The notes under the pieces: generated by a model
Seen by the model: the letters and a program-made list of their open reading frames with translations, nothing else
Databases searched by the model: none
What the model was told of the DNA's origin: nothing
Shown here: piece by piece, positions 25,801 through 39,070 of the stretch
How the letters are laid out: each line of letters starts with the position of its first letter
Numbering within the stretch: position 1 is the stretch's first letter
Source of the DNA: Malacoraja senta
Lineage: Eukaryota
Length of the DNA: 64,000 nt
NCBI GenBank assembly: GCA_038087875.1
Contig: CM075994.1
Coordinates: forward strand, 6,574,001-6,638,000
Direction: 5' to 3'
Made by a program: the position numbers and the translations under genes

Positions 25801-27780
25801 ACAAAAAAGCCACCTATGGTGGCTAAGATTTGTTTTAAATTGACCTCCGTCAATGGAATTGTGCACTGGGCTTTGTCCCCCTAGTAAAATATCATCCAGT
25901 TGGTTTCCTCCACTTATAACCAAAATTATCGTGTCAGGTCGATTAATAGCCAAAAAATTTAAAATAAAATAGAAGAAAAGCTAGAAGATTTACAATAAAA
26001 TAAAATAGAATTATTATCGTCATTAATCAGACTTTTCATTAGCCTGTATGTTAGTTGATTCATAATTAGTATTTAGAATATCTGTCTAACCTCCCCCATC
26101 CTTCCTACTATATAGTTAGTCATATTAGTATAATACATTAAACCTTTAGGGTTAATTGAGTTTATTGCGTATATCTAATTAATTAGTTAGTTAGTTATAT
26201 GCTGTATATCTAAATAATAGATCATATAGTACTAAGACAAAGGCAGACCAACAAGACTGTTATAAATTCAAAAAAGAACAGTCAATAATACTCAGGGCTG
26301 AAAAACTTGGCGCAGAGCCTGCGACCTTGAACATTCCATCTGTTGAGCCTCAGTTTTTCAATTCAAGATAAAGTTAGGACTCTGTTATTAAAAAACACAT
26401 TCTGGCCAAATAAGTATGTCTGAAAACCGTCTAAACAAAGTAAAAAACAAGTTCAGCCGGCGTAGTGACTCGTTATTCTTTTCCTTGAATTTTATTTAAA
26501 ATCTCCTGGGCATATTTGCAAGCTGAATCCGGATCCGTGAATGAACGTTGCTTAGCATTGTACGTAATTAACATTTTAGCAGGGTAGAGAACACCGTAAC
26601 GAACTTCAGAATGTCCTTGTAAGATACTGCTTGCACTTTCAAACTGGCGTCTTTTTGCCAGTATTTCCCGAGGGTAGTCTCTGTAAAATCTAACAATATT
26701 ATCAGCGAATGTAAGATTTTCTCCATAAGATATCTTCTTTAATAAATTTTCCAAAGTCAAAATGTCTAAGAACTTTACGATAATTTGACGTGGTGGAGCA
26801 TTTGCTCCTCTTTGGAAGCGACCAACATGATGAGCCACATCTATCTTTGGTTTTTCTGGCAGTTTGAAAACATCTTTAAGTAAATTAGTGATAAAATCAC
26901 CCATTTCAGAGCCGTGCTCTGCCCCCTCTTTAACTCCTATTATTCTCAAATTCTGCCTCCTTGACCTGGCTTCCAAATCTTGACATTTCTCATTCAATTT
27001 ATTCGTCAGCTCCCAATTCGCGTCGTGTTCTTTTTTCAAACCTGTTATTTCCTGGCCCATCTGCTGCATTTCACCCTCCATCTCTTCCATCAATTTTTCC
27101 GTCTTTGTTAATTGCTTCAGCAGGGAGTCATGTTTATTGTTATAATCTCTCTGCATTCTTTCCAATTCCTTAGCAGTCCTCGACTCCAAATCTTTGAACT
27201 GCTGGTTCAGGGATATGTAAAGTTCCTTTAATTCTCCACAGCTAGTGTCAATTTTCTTAGAGAGATTATCCTCCATTGAAGAAAAATTGTTCTGCATTGT
27301 AGAATTCATTTTAGCAAATTGCTTCTGAAGATCTTTAGTAATGTCTTTAGTAATATTAACTCTTACCGATTCTTCCCAGCTTTTCATTTCTTTCTCCCTT
27401 TCTTTTAACTCTTTAGTTTCAGCTCTTGCAGCCATTTCGACTGTTGGTTGTTGAGATTCCAGCTCCCCTTCCAAACTTTCAAAAGTAGATTCAGGAGTGG
27501 TTTCAAGCTCATCCAGAGCTTTTTGGAGCTGGAGCTGGAGACTGATTGTAGTCTTCTTGGGTCCTCTCTGACCTCTTACCTTTTTCATCCGATTTTTACC
27601 GGTAAAATCGTTTTAAATCCCGATTCCACCGGCACCGTCTGATGACATCAGTACCCACGAGGTTCAGCAATCCCGGTAAGAGTTTTTAAATCGATCCTGG
27701 CGTAGGAACCGAGTTTATACACGATTTGTCGGGAGCAGAGCTCTGTGCAGCTGTCTTACTGCTTCATAGCAGCCACCGGA
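22819..27780 (-). mobile_element. L1 LINE with 5' end, ORF1 and ORF2 (APE endonuclease + RT), 3'-truncated
   Basis: ORF2 fragments 25064-25561 (SWNIRG, LQETHL, IYAPN, GGDFN), 23444-24910 (RT), 23020-23265. Confidence 0.92.
26473..27588 (-). CDS. L1 ORF1 protein (coiled coil + RRM/CTD)
   Basis: 371-aa open frame with DLEARSRRQNLRIIGVKEG, PRQIIVKF, YPAKMLIT motifs. Confidence 0.85.
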   Translation of the reverse strand: MKKVRGQRGPKKTTISLQLQLQKALDELETTPESTFESLEGELESQQPTVEMAARAETKELKEREKEMKSWEESVRVNITKDITKDLQKQFAKMNSTMQNNFSSMEDNLSKKIDTSCGELKELYISLNQQFKDLESRTAKELERMQRDYNNKHDSLLKQLTKTEKLMEEMEGEMQQMGQEITGLKKEHDANWELTNKLNEKCQDLEARSRRQNLRIIGVKEGAEHGSEMGDFITNLLKDVFKLPEKPKIDVAHHVGRFQRGANAPPRQIIVKFLDILTLENLLKKISYGENLTFADNIVRFYRDYPREILAKRRQFESASSILQGHSEVRYGVLYPAKMLITYNAKQRSFTDPDSACKYAQEILNKIQGKE

Positions 27781-28079
27781 TTCACATTAATCTCCTCTTT
27801 GATATCATTTCAAATTACATCACCGACTGCTTCGATTAAATCATTCTGTATTCTGTTGGATGAGCCAGAAAACACAGTGGATGTCTCCAAATGTCCAGCT
27901 AACTTTTCATCTTTCTCAGCAAAAGCATGTAATAGCACCACATAGTTGCCACGATTAGAAGAGCTTGCACTCTCATCGTTACCACGAAATGCTAATTCCT
28001 GTTTGGCTAGGAAGCAGGTCGCATTAATAAGGTCTTTTAAAATCTCACGGTTTTCCTTTACCTTAGCATTGTGGATGCT

Positions 28080-29036
28080 TTTTTTTTTATTTTTTATTTT
28101 TTAATTTTTTTTAATTTTTATTTATTAGAAGTACATTACATCACAGCCACATACATTAATACTCGTCATTTATATCTTCTTACAATTAATGTACTCCCTT
28201 TATTTATTTTTTTACACTAAAGAAAGAAAAGATTGAAAGAGAGAAGAAAGTGAAGGAAAAAGTGCAAGTGTAGAAAAGTGTAGAAAATGTAACAACAAAA
28301 AAGGACGAAGACCCTATGAGAGCGAAATTAAAAACAAAAAGAAAAAGAGTTAAGAAATAGGCCCTAAGAAAAGAAAAGAGAAAGAGAAAAAAAGAAAAAC
28401 AAATGTTTTTTTTTGAGCATCACGTAAATAGGACATACCAACTCTTCAACTATCATCCCCCCTTACCCGACCTCAATTTTTTATTTTTTTAAAGTACTTT
28501 TGCACCCTATGTTTGTAATAATTCTATAAATGCAGACCACGTCAGGTGGAAGTGATCTGGTTTACCTGCTAGGAGGAGTCTTATCTCTTCAAGGTGTAGT
28601 GTTTCAAACATATTTGAAATCCACATATTTATAGTTGGTATTGGAGCCTTCTTCCAAAATTTTAGAATTAGCTTTTTTCCAGTTATTAACCCATAATCCA
28701 TTAATTTCTTTTGAAACACATTTAGTTCTGGATCATCTTCCGTTATTCCGAAGATAATCCATTCTGCTTTGGGTATCAGTCTTGTTTTAAATAACTTTGT
28801 AAAGATTTCAAAAATTTCATTCCAAAATTTTTGAATTTTTGTACAGAAGACAAATGAGTGCGCTATAGTTGCTTCTTGGGATTGACATTTATCACAAATA
28901 GATGATACGTTTGGGAACATTTTATGAATTTTAGTTTTCGAATAATATAATCTATGTAAAATTTTAAATTGTATTAAAGTGTGTCTTACATTAATCGAGC
29001 ATTTATGTACTTTTAATAAGTATTCATTCCAACTTT
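28080..29036 (-). mobile_element. L1 3' fragment with 19-bp target-site duplication
   Basis: TSD CCTTAGCATTGTGGATGCT at 28061-28079 and 29037-29055; poly(A) tail; CCHC C-terminus. Confidence 0.9.
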
Positions 29037-29484
29037 CCTTAGCATTGTGGATGCTGATATGTAATCTCCGCTGTTCATTCAAAGCCAGATCTATTCGTGA
29101 AGTTCCAAAAGTTTTTTAAGCAATTTGGCTTTGAATGTGAGTTGTCGATTGTTCATGTTTTTTGAGGCTCCTTGGTAGATTTTTCATGTCACAAAATCCC
29201 GCATTAGTCCAAACATTGTCAGTAGTAGAGAACAGAAGGCAGGGAAAGCAGTAAAGGCGATTCTTTGTAGCACAGCCATACAGCCAGTCTTTTCGTTCGT
29301 ACCACTCCATTTGAAACAACCGTGTTTTTTTTCTGTCCCTTCGTTTGAAGTAGGTCCTTAAGCTCAGGCATTGGTCTTCCAGAGTTTATCACTCCCCGTT
29401 TTGATTGCAAATCCAATATTTAGACATTTTTAAGGTTAGATATAATGTTTTACATTTTTGCAGCCGCTGGAATTTATTTGCTAA

Positions 29485-29553
29485 AGTGGAGGGAGAGCGA
29501 GCGTCAATTACATGGACTGAGCCTACGTAATTGACGCTCGCTCTCCCTCCACT
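29485..29553. repeat. Perfect 27-bp inverted repeat with 15-nt loop
   Basis: AGTGGAGGGAGAGCGAGCGTCAATTAC (29485-29511) and its exact reverse complement (29527-29553). Confidence 0.95.
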
Positions 29554-30956
29554 GGGCTCAAGATACACCCTCCTCAGTGAGGCAGATGTGATAGCTGCCT
29601 CCCCTGGTGCTTTCTCATTGCAGTTTTATGACGAGACCAGGAAGCCTAAACTTAATATCTTTATCCGTGAAATAAATTACCTGCACTATGGAAGGCGAGG
29701 ACATGTAATGATGGGGTCTACAAACATTACATTGGTGACATACAAAGAGATAGTAACAGGCACACGCTTATTGCCTGCGCTCCATCCAGTTTCTGAGGGG
29801 TTGCGCAATCAGAGGGGAGGCTCAGCTCATCGCTGCCTCACCTCTCGTCTCTCCCTGTCTTTGCAGCGGAGCTCCGCAAATTTGGCGATTTTGACTAAAA
29901 AATGATTCGATTCATATAGAAATTACATTTATAACACAGATCAGTGGAAAAATCTTTATATTTATTTTATTTTATTATTATTTTTCTTTACTTTTTCTAA
30001 CAGCTATTTTCATTGGAGTATGACAGGTGGGGCTCCGCCTCCTCTGACCGCACGTCCCTGCTATATAGAGCTCAGTATTGAGGGCCAGAACTATTGGCAG
30101 CGGTTGAGCAGCCAAGGACTTTACTCCCTGGAGCGCAGCAGTCTGAAGAATGATCTGTGGCAGGTGTATGATATCATGAAACAAAATGATACGTTGGATA
30201 GTCAGTCTTTTACCCTTAGTAGGGGGATCGAGAATGTGGGGATATAGGTTTTAGGTGAAAGGGAAAAGATTTAAAACAAACATGAAGGACAACTTTGGTA
30301 GTGGGAACATGGAACGAGCTGCCAGATGAGGTCGTTGAGTCAGATACCATAACAACATTTAAAAGATATTCAAACACATTCGCGGAGAGAAAAGTTTGAG
30401 AACTGTCTTGGCCACATGGGGACAAGTGGAAATAGCGCAGATGGGGCATCTTGGTCGGTATCTAACACCCTTGCTGTATGAATCTATGAAGTTTGTCATT
30501 CTAAGTGGTGTTGCTGTCTGCTAGTTCTGGTGACCAGGTTCTGTCCTCTGAGGGTTAATGGACACATGTAATGGAATAGGTTGCAGGGAATTATAGTGGG
30601 GAAATGGGAATGTACATTACTTTCACCTGATATTTCAAAATTATCAAGACGAGCACTTGAATTGCCAAGGTAATGAAAGCTATGGATTAAATACATGTAA
30701 ATGGGATTAGTGTAGATACGTACAGAGCCCAGCATGGACATGTTGGGCGGATGGCATATTTCTGTACGGCATATTTCACTCAAGAGTGACATAATATATT
30801 GATTCTCATCTTTCATCTGACAGGAAGAGTCACACAACCTTCAGTCACTGATCGCATCTCAGTTTACTGAACTGCACCAGATTCTCACTGAGAAAGAGCA
30901 GCGCTTACTCGGAGATGTCCGGGAAGAAGAGGAGAAGATTGTGAAAACAATGGAGA

Positions 30957-33900
30957 AAAATAGTAAGATTAAACGAGAAGTTACCTAAGTTTGAAGTTTG
31001 ATCTTTATTTTATGAGGAGTTACGTAGGTGATTACGTGAAGAACCCCGCCAGTGCGCCTGCGCGTCAATCTTCAAAGCAGCGGTGTGAAATCACAAAAAA
31101 CAACAACCGAAGTAATATAGTCTCATAATAAAACGAGTAATACAAGAACTTCCATCTGACCTTTATGATAGAGGGTAGGGTCGTGGTGGGCACGTAATCA
31201 CCTACGTAACTCCTCATAAAATAAAGATCAAACTTCAAACTTAGGTAAGTTCTCGTTTAATCTTACAATTTTACTTCGGAGTCACGTGAGTGACTACGTG
31301 AAGATTTTAAAGCTTTGTGATTTCATGCCGTGGATCAATCCCGGCTTCTCACTGCATAGATTGACTCGGAACGAGAATAATCAATCATGCATTCATAATA
31401 ACATTTGTACCACAAATGCAGTAATTCATTTCAATAATGAAATGAATAAGATCCCCTTTAAACCAGAGGAATTTACACAGAACTTAAAATAGTTTCTGCA
31501 AACAACCCCGCATTAACAATAGGCCGATGGTAAAAATGTTGAAACATCAACTCATTGGACCACCCGGCGGCTGTGAGGATATGGTCGACGGGGCCGTCTT
31601 TTGCCCTGGCCGCCGACGTTTCTGCTGCCCTAGTCGAGTGAGACGTAAAAACATAAGTGTTAATACCAGCAGCTGTTAAGACTTCTTTTATCCATCTGGA
31701 AATAGTCTGTATTGAAACTCTCTTGTGTGGTTTCTTGTGTGTGATCAACAACCCAGTTTCCGTATTCTCAAATTCTTTGTGACCTCAATGTATTGTAATA
31801 AATATGTCTCAATACAGAGACATGGATCATTTGGATATGCTGCTAGCATAATTTTAAATCCTGTCACACCTGGCCTAATTTACTTTAGTAGGTCATAGAT
31901 GTAGAATGTAACCTTGTCTTCAGTTACTTCCATACTGTCTATTTGTAATTTTCCAAGTGTTTGCACTCGTTGTGCTGTCACTCATGCCATAAGCATGAAT
32001 ACTTTCATACTGAGCTTGACCAAAGGTAAAGACACACTTGATGACCATTCACGAAGTAGTTTCAGTACCACACTTACATCCCAGATTGTCACGTACCTAG
32101 GTTTCGGTGGTTTGGAATTAAAGATTCCTTTCATTAGTCTGGAAACAATTGGGTGTGACCCAATTGAGTTTCTTTCTGAATCCAGAACCAAATATGAGGA
32201 CAATGCACTTCTGGCTGAATTAATTGCACTACAACTCAGACCTTCATCATAATAAAGTTTTGACAGAAATTCTAAACATTTGAAATATCTGCAGTACTTT
32301 ATTGCACATTCTTTTGTACACAGAACTCTTCCCATTTCTTAATATAAGAAAGGTACTGTTTTTGAGTGCTCTTCCTCCCGGCTGCCGTAAGCATGTCCAC
32401 AGTATGCTCAGACAGTCCTCGTCCCAGAAAAGGCATTCTTAAAACCTGCAAATCAACAAATCCAAACGATGATATAATGGATGTTGTTACCCTGTTACAG
32501 GGTGCAGCAATAAATTACTCCTTTTTGGGACTTTCATCAACATTTGTGTTGTTAATTCTAATATCAACAGATACCATGGCTGTGTAGGCCAATCTGGTAC
32601 TACCAATATCCTTGAAGCAGCATCTTACCTGATTTTAAGCAAACATTGGCTTATGAGGCAGAAAGGTGGAAATATATATGAAAACATACCACCCCAATGT
32701 AGCGAGAAAGCATCAATCACCACTGCTCCTGGATCTGGTTTCCATGAGACATATCTCGATAGCTGATGATTCAAGTTGATGTCGGTCATTCCAAATTTGA
32801 TTACTATATCATTGAATACCTCTTGATTCAACATCCATTCTTTATTATCATGGAACTTTTCGTGACCTGGTGTCTGCTATCGTGTTCATTCTACCTGGTA
32901 GATAGATAGCTGAAATCCAAATGTTCTTTTCAATACACCAAGACCCAAGTTGATTTACCCATTTTGTCACATGACACCGACTTAATTCCACCCATATCAT
33001 TAATATAGGCAACTGCTGTTGTGTTTATTAATTTGAACTGAACCTTCCTTTTAGTTGTGTTAGAACCATAAGCTTGGAGTCCATAGAAACCTCCTAAAAG
33101 CTCCAAATAGGTAATTCCCCATGTTTGCAGTAACACTAATTTTCCTGATTCCATCTGCCTCCGCAGCTCCATGTTAAGTCAGTTGCACCCCATCCTAGTG
33201 CACTGGCATCAGTTTGTAATATCATGGAAGGTTGTTCAATCAGCATTTTGCCTGAACTGCTTGAGACATGTAGAATCCAGAAATTCCAGCTTAGAAACAG
33301 CATTTGTTGTTACTTGCATGGTTCTATCAAAATGACCAGCATTTACTCTCAGTGCCTGTTCTTTAATTCTCTGCAGCTGTTGATAATGTAATGGTCCATT
33401 CTGGACTGCTGGGAATCTATTAATTTTCCCAGTACTTGAGCCACCTGTCTGATTAGAGGTTTTTGCTCATTTAACAGATTTCTGCAATCTTTAATCAACT
33501 CCACCCTTTTTTCACTGGGCAAAGTAATTTGCATTTGAGCTAAATCAATTGTGAACCCCAAATAATTAATCGAGGTACATGTTTTTAACCTTGATTTCTT
33601 TGGATGAATATAGAAACCTCCAAACTTTCAAAAGTTTGATTTTATTAACTGCAACTGATGCTTCTGTTGACTGTTTTGTCCTTCCTATAATCAGGACATC
33701 ATCCAGGTATGCCATTAGTACATGCCCCTGGCTCTCAGCAACCCCAGAATTGATTTTAACAATTTTATGAATATTCTGGGAGGGAACGTTAACCCTTTAG
33801 GCAGAGTCTTTGAACTGCCCTAATTGGTTCATCCATGTAAATTTAAAATACTTCATATCCTGCAAGTGAACAGACACTGAACAAAAGGATTCAGACTTGT

Positions 33901-35739
33901 CAAGTCTATAATAATCCTACATCCTCCATCCTTTTTTGATCGAGGGAATATATTTGACCCAAATTGGTGAATTTGGTAGACTGATTCTTCAATAACACAT
34001 TTTATATATAGGGTTTTGAAGCACAGCTTGAACCTCCATTACTTCGCAAAGTGGAGAGTTCTGCTAGGAACATGCTGGACAGGCAAATCATAATTTGGAT
34101 TGAATTCAATTCGAAATCCTTGTATATTATTCAGAATTACCACATCTGAAGTAATCTTCTTCCAATGTTTATAGAAGAGACGTAATCTGCCTCCAACTTT
34201 TGGACTTAATCCAGTTAGTATGTTCCCCTGAGAACCAGGTCCACCTACCTCTTGAGTCATTTGAGTATTCTGAGATCCCTGGATTCTCCCGGAAGCACCA
34301 CCACTGGTCCTTACTCCCGCTGCAGGCCGCCAGCTACGTCCCTGCATTGATGAGCGACTTAGTCCTGGTCTAGGATCCGTATGACGTCTGAAAGGATACT
34401 TCCTCTTTACAGACTTTGCAACCATTGATGTTTTTATCAATCCTGTTTTCGCTTCATCTTCCAACTCTTTAATACGTCTCCCGAGATCCTCTCCAAAGAG
34501 TAAGTTGGGTAATTGTATATTACTTGGTTTGCAGAGTGCTGCGAATTTCGGATTCATAGTAGGCCGTATAGCACTTTCCTCAGATAATTGATCTCGAAGT
34601 CGGTGCTGCATAGCAACCCCAGTGCTTGCTGATGCAACTTCGTCATCTTTTGGCTGTTACCTGCTATTCTGGTAAAAGCAGTTATTCCAGAACCCATCAG
34701 CTTTAATATTCTCTGCAACTGATTCCAGATAATTTGGTTCACTGCTGCTCCTTTCAGCAACCCACAGTTACTTGGGGTCTCCTGCTTTCTTGCAGCCTCA
34801 TCCATCTCCTGCTGTTCCAGCTAATGGTAAACCAAGTAATTTATTAAGGAGGCCAGTTCTTCTCCTAATAGCTCTCCTGACCCTGACGGGGCAGCGAATC
34901 CTACTGCCAGGGGTGGAACATCTGGCAGCTGCCGTTCATCGCCTTGTACAGCCTCACCGTCAGAGTCGGGGTCTGAAATCTCATGACCCGTAGCACGCTC
35001 CTCATTCCTGAGGGTGCTTTCCATCAGCCCTGAGCCAGGTGCTGTTAAGCTGCTCCTGCAGCTTGGATTACAGTACACTCCTTCCTGAGTGAACTTTGCT
35101 CCAACAGCCTATGAAAAAGGCTTTCTATTTGGGCAATACGCTCGAAAGCAGTATCTAGCCCTGTACCAGGAGCTGTTTGAGCTGTTTCCAGCAGCTTGGC
35201 TTTCAGTACACTCCTCCCTGAGTGAACTTTGCTCCAACAGCCTATGTAAAAGGCTTCCTATTTGGGCAATACGCTCGATAGCAGTATCTAGCCCTGGAAC
35301 TACTTCCATTGCCTGGGACTCCCTCCATGGGCCGTTGGGATTTAAACTTCATCTTTTGTCCGACAGGCGCTGACTGTGTTTCACCAGCCCCAGGTCCACA
35401 GTCGCTATGCTCACCGCTGGCGACTGTACCGGGGTTTAGAGGCGGTTGGTCTCTAACCGCAGACTCCCGACATTCCCGACTTCTGTCGGCTGTGTCGCTC
35501 GCCTCTTCCCCCTGCCCGTTTTTTCCATGGCATCTGTGGAAAAAATCCCCATAGACCCACAGTAAACGGACCTGGAAAACATGAAAAAAGTTTCTACTTA
35601 CCTTGTAGTTGAAAAACTACAAACCACTGTAGGAGCTCTGCTCCTCACGTCCGTTAGCGTCAAGGCGTCTGACGTAATGACGCACAGGCGCACTGGCGGG
35701 GTTCTTCACGTAGTCACTCACGTGACTCCGAAGTAAAAT
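30957..35739 (-). mobile_element. DIRS1-type tyrosine-recombinase retrotransposon, structurally complete, ORFs degenerate
   Basis: Inverted terminal repeats, ICR 31191-31304; gag-like 34039-35078, RT about 33349-34000 (YLDD), RNase H about 32930-33240 (TDAS), methyltransferase-like 32625-32834, YR 31473-32335 (HSTR...AAGWS...FY). Confidence 0.92.
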
Positions 35740-36145
35740 CTTCAAGAGATACAAAATAATTTAAATTCCATTCAGGAGGAACTCTCAAAGTTACAGGAAC
35801 AGACAGACCACAAGGATGGCGTGATATTTCTGAAGGTGAGGGGTTACACTAGAGTTTGGTGAAGTGAAAGTGCACAGTCGCAAAATGGTGGGTTAAATTT
35901 CTGAAATAAATGCTGCATTTACCAGTAAATCACTACTGGGTCAATGTTCCGTCTGTTCCATCTATTCACCACATCTGACAATAATGCCCCAAATTCCAGG
36001 AATCCTCATGTATTTATCTCAATTCAACTTAAATGTATCTGCAGTATTGTCTTCAGGCCACCCTGCGAGTTCCAAGTTCTGTTTACGGCATTTCTTGTGG
36101 AATTTATTAAAGGCCGTCATACATTTAATATTTTATTTTTCTTCT

Positions 36146-39070
36146 GCACTGCCATTCAATATGATCATGGCTGATCATCCACAATCAGTATACTGTTCCT
36201 GTCTTCTTGCCAAATCCCTTGACTCCGCTATCTTTAAGAGCTCTATCTAACTCTCTCTTGAAAGCATCCGGAGAATTGGCCTCCACTGCCTTCTGAGGCA
36301 GATAATTCCACAGCTTCACAACTCTCTGGGTGAAAAAGTTTTTTCTCATCTCCGTTCAAAATAGACTTCCCCTTACTCTTAAACCTTGCCCCCTGGTTCT
36401 GGATTCCCCTAACATCGGGAACATGTTTCCCGCCTCTAGCGTGTCCAATCCCATAATAATCTTATATGGTTCAATAAACATTCCCCTCATCCTTCTAAAT
36501 TCCAGAGTATACAAGCCCAGCTGCTCCTTTCTATCAACATATTACTGTCCCGGAATCCCGGGAATCAACCTCATGAACCTACGCTGCACTCCCACAATAG
36601 CAAGAATGTCCTTCCTCAAATTTGGAGACCGAAACTTCACAAAGTACTCCAGGTGTGGTCTCACTTGGGGCCTGTTCAATTGCAGAAGGACCTCTTTGCT
36701 CCTTTACTCATCTCCTCTTGTTATGAAGGCCAACATGCCATTAGCTTACTTCACTGCCTGCTGTACCTGCATGCTTACTTTCAGTGACTGATGAACAAGA
36801 ACCCCCAGAGATCTTTGTACTTCCCCTTTTACCAACTTGACATCATTTACCAACGTGACACCATTCAAATAATAATCTGCCTTCCTGTTTTTCCAACCAA
36901 AGTGGATAGCCTCACATTTATCCACATTAAACTGCATCTGCCATGCATCTGCCCACTCACCCAACCTGTCCAAGTCACTCTGTATCCTCATAGCATCCTC
37001 CTCACAGTTCACACAGCCACCCAGCTTTATGTCATCTGCAAATTTGCTAACGTTACTTTGAATCCTTTCATCTAAATCATTAATGTATATTGTAAATAGC
37101 TGTTGTCCTAGCACTGAGCCTTGCGGTACTCCACTAGTCACTGCCTGCAATTCTGAAAGGGACCTGTTAATCCCTACTCTTTGTTTCCTGTCTGGCAACC
37201 AATTTTCTATCTGGCAGTACCATACCCCCAATACCAGGTGCTCTAATTTTGCCCACTAATCTCCTATGTGGGACCTTAACAAATGATTTCTGAAAGTCCC
37301 AGTAGATGACATCTACTTGATCCCCTTGTCCATTTTCCTAGTTACATCCTCAAAAAATTCCAGAAGATTAATCAAGCATGATTTCCCCTTGGTAAATTCC
37401 TGCTGACTCAGACTGATCCTGTTACTGCTATCCAAATGTGCCACTATGTCATCTTTTATAATTCACTCCAGCATCTTCCCCACCTCCGATGTCAGGCTAA
37501 CTGATCTATAATTCCCTGTTTTCCATCTCCCGCCTTTCTTAAAAAATGGGATAACATTAGCTGCCCTCAAATCCACAGGAACTAATCCTGAATTTATAGA
37601 ACATTGGAAAATGATGACCAATGCGTCCATGATTTCTCGAGCCACTTCCTTAATTACCCTGGTATGCAGACCATCAGGCTCTGGGGATTTAACAGCCTTC
37701 GTTCCCATCAGTCCATCCAGTTTCCTGCCCAATGTGAATTTCCTTCAGTTCCTCCGTCACCCTAGGTCCTCTGGCCACTAGTTCATCAGAGAGATTGTTT
37801 GTATCTTCCATAGTGAAGACGTATCCAAAGTACCTTTTTAACTCGTCTGCCATTTCCTTGTTCCCCATAATAAATTCACCTTTCAGTCTGCATTCTTGGC
37901 TAGCTTACCTTCGTACCTCATCTTTTCCCCCCGTATTACCTTTTAAATTATCTTCTGTTGCTCTTTAAAAGTTTCCCAATCCTCAGGCTTCCTGCTCATC
38001 TTTACTATGTTATACTTCTCTTTTATTTTTATACTGTCCTTGACTTCCTTTGTCAGCCATGGTCACCCCTTACTCCCCTTGGAATCTTTCCTCCTCCTTG
38101 GAATGAACTAATCCTGCACCTTCTGTATTATTCCCAGAAATACCTGCCATTGTTGTTCCACTGTCATCCCTGCTGGGGTATCTTTCCAGTCAACTTTGGC
38201 CAGCTCCTCCCTCATGGCTCCATAGTCCCCTTTGTTCAACTGTAATACTGACACTTCCAAATTTCTCTTCTCACTCTCAAATTGTAGATTAAAACATCAT
38301 ATTATGGTCACTAACTCCTAATGGCTACTTTACCTCAAGTTCCCTTATCAAATCCAATTCATTAGACAACACTAAATCCAGATTTGCCTTCTTCCTGGTA
38401 GGCTCCAGTACAAGATGCTCTAAAATTCCATCACAGAGGCACTCCACAAACTCCCTTTCTTGGGCTCCAGTACCAACCTGATTTTCCCAGTCTACCTGCA
38501 TGTTGAAATCTCCCATAACAACCGTAGCATTACCTTTGCGACATGCCAATTTTAACTCTTGATTCATCTTGCACCCTTTATCCAGGCTACTGTTTGGGGG
38601 CCTGTAGATAACTCCCATTAGGGTCTTTTTACCTTTACAGTTCTTCAGTTCTATCCATACTGACTATACATCTCATGATTCTATATCACTCCTTGCCAGG
38701 GACTGAATGTCATTCCTCATCAAAAGAGCCACCCCACCTCCTTTGCCACCTGTCTGTCTTTTCGATAGGACGTATACCCTTGAATATTCAGTTCCCAGCC
38801 CTGGTCCTCTTGCAGCCATGTCTCTGTAATCGCCACAACATCATACTTGTCAATTTCTAACTGAGCCTCAAGCTCATCCACTTTATTTCTTATATTTCGT
38901 GCATTCATATATAATACTTTTAATTCATTACTCCCCTCACCTTTCACATTGATTCCTATTTCACTTGGCCTTACTCTCCTATCCCTTCCTGGGCGTTCTG
39001 CCCTGTTAATTCTGGTGTCTTTCTTAACTTTTCTTATACTCTCTTTCCCTTGTATCTCCATTTTGTCTCC
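36146..39070 (-). mobile_element. CR1 LINE ORF2 (endonuclease + RT), degenerate
   Basis: YMNARNI, ITETWL, VIYRPP, MGDFN, NYRSVSLTS, GVPQGSVLG, FADD. Confidence 0.92.

Larger units (their letters stand above)
21661..30060 (-). mobile_element. hAT DNA transposon (TTF-zinc-finger/ZMYM1-like transposase), fragmented by L1 insertions
   Basis: Transposase pieces 21661-22818, 27784-28079, 29037-29460 (YCFPCLLF, NRGNYVELL, SNRIQNDLI, QTYDGASVM, HCYAHKLNL); CAGGG terminus at 30060; other terminus not found. Confidence 0.85.

Noticed and set aside
28507..29082. hAT-L1 fusion ORF
   Set aside because: Chance in-frame junction at an L1 insertion with a clear TSD.
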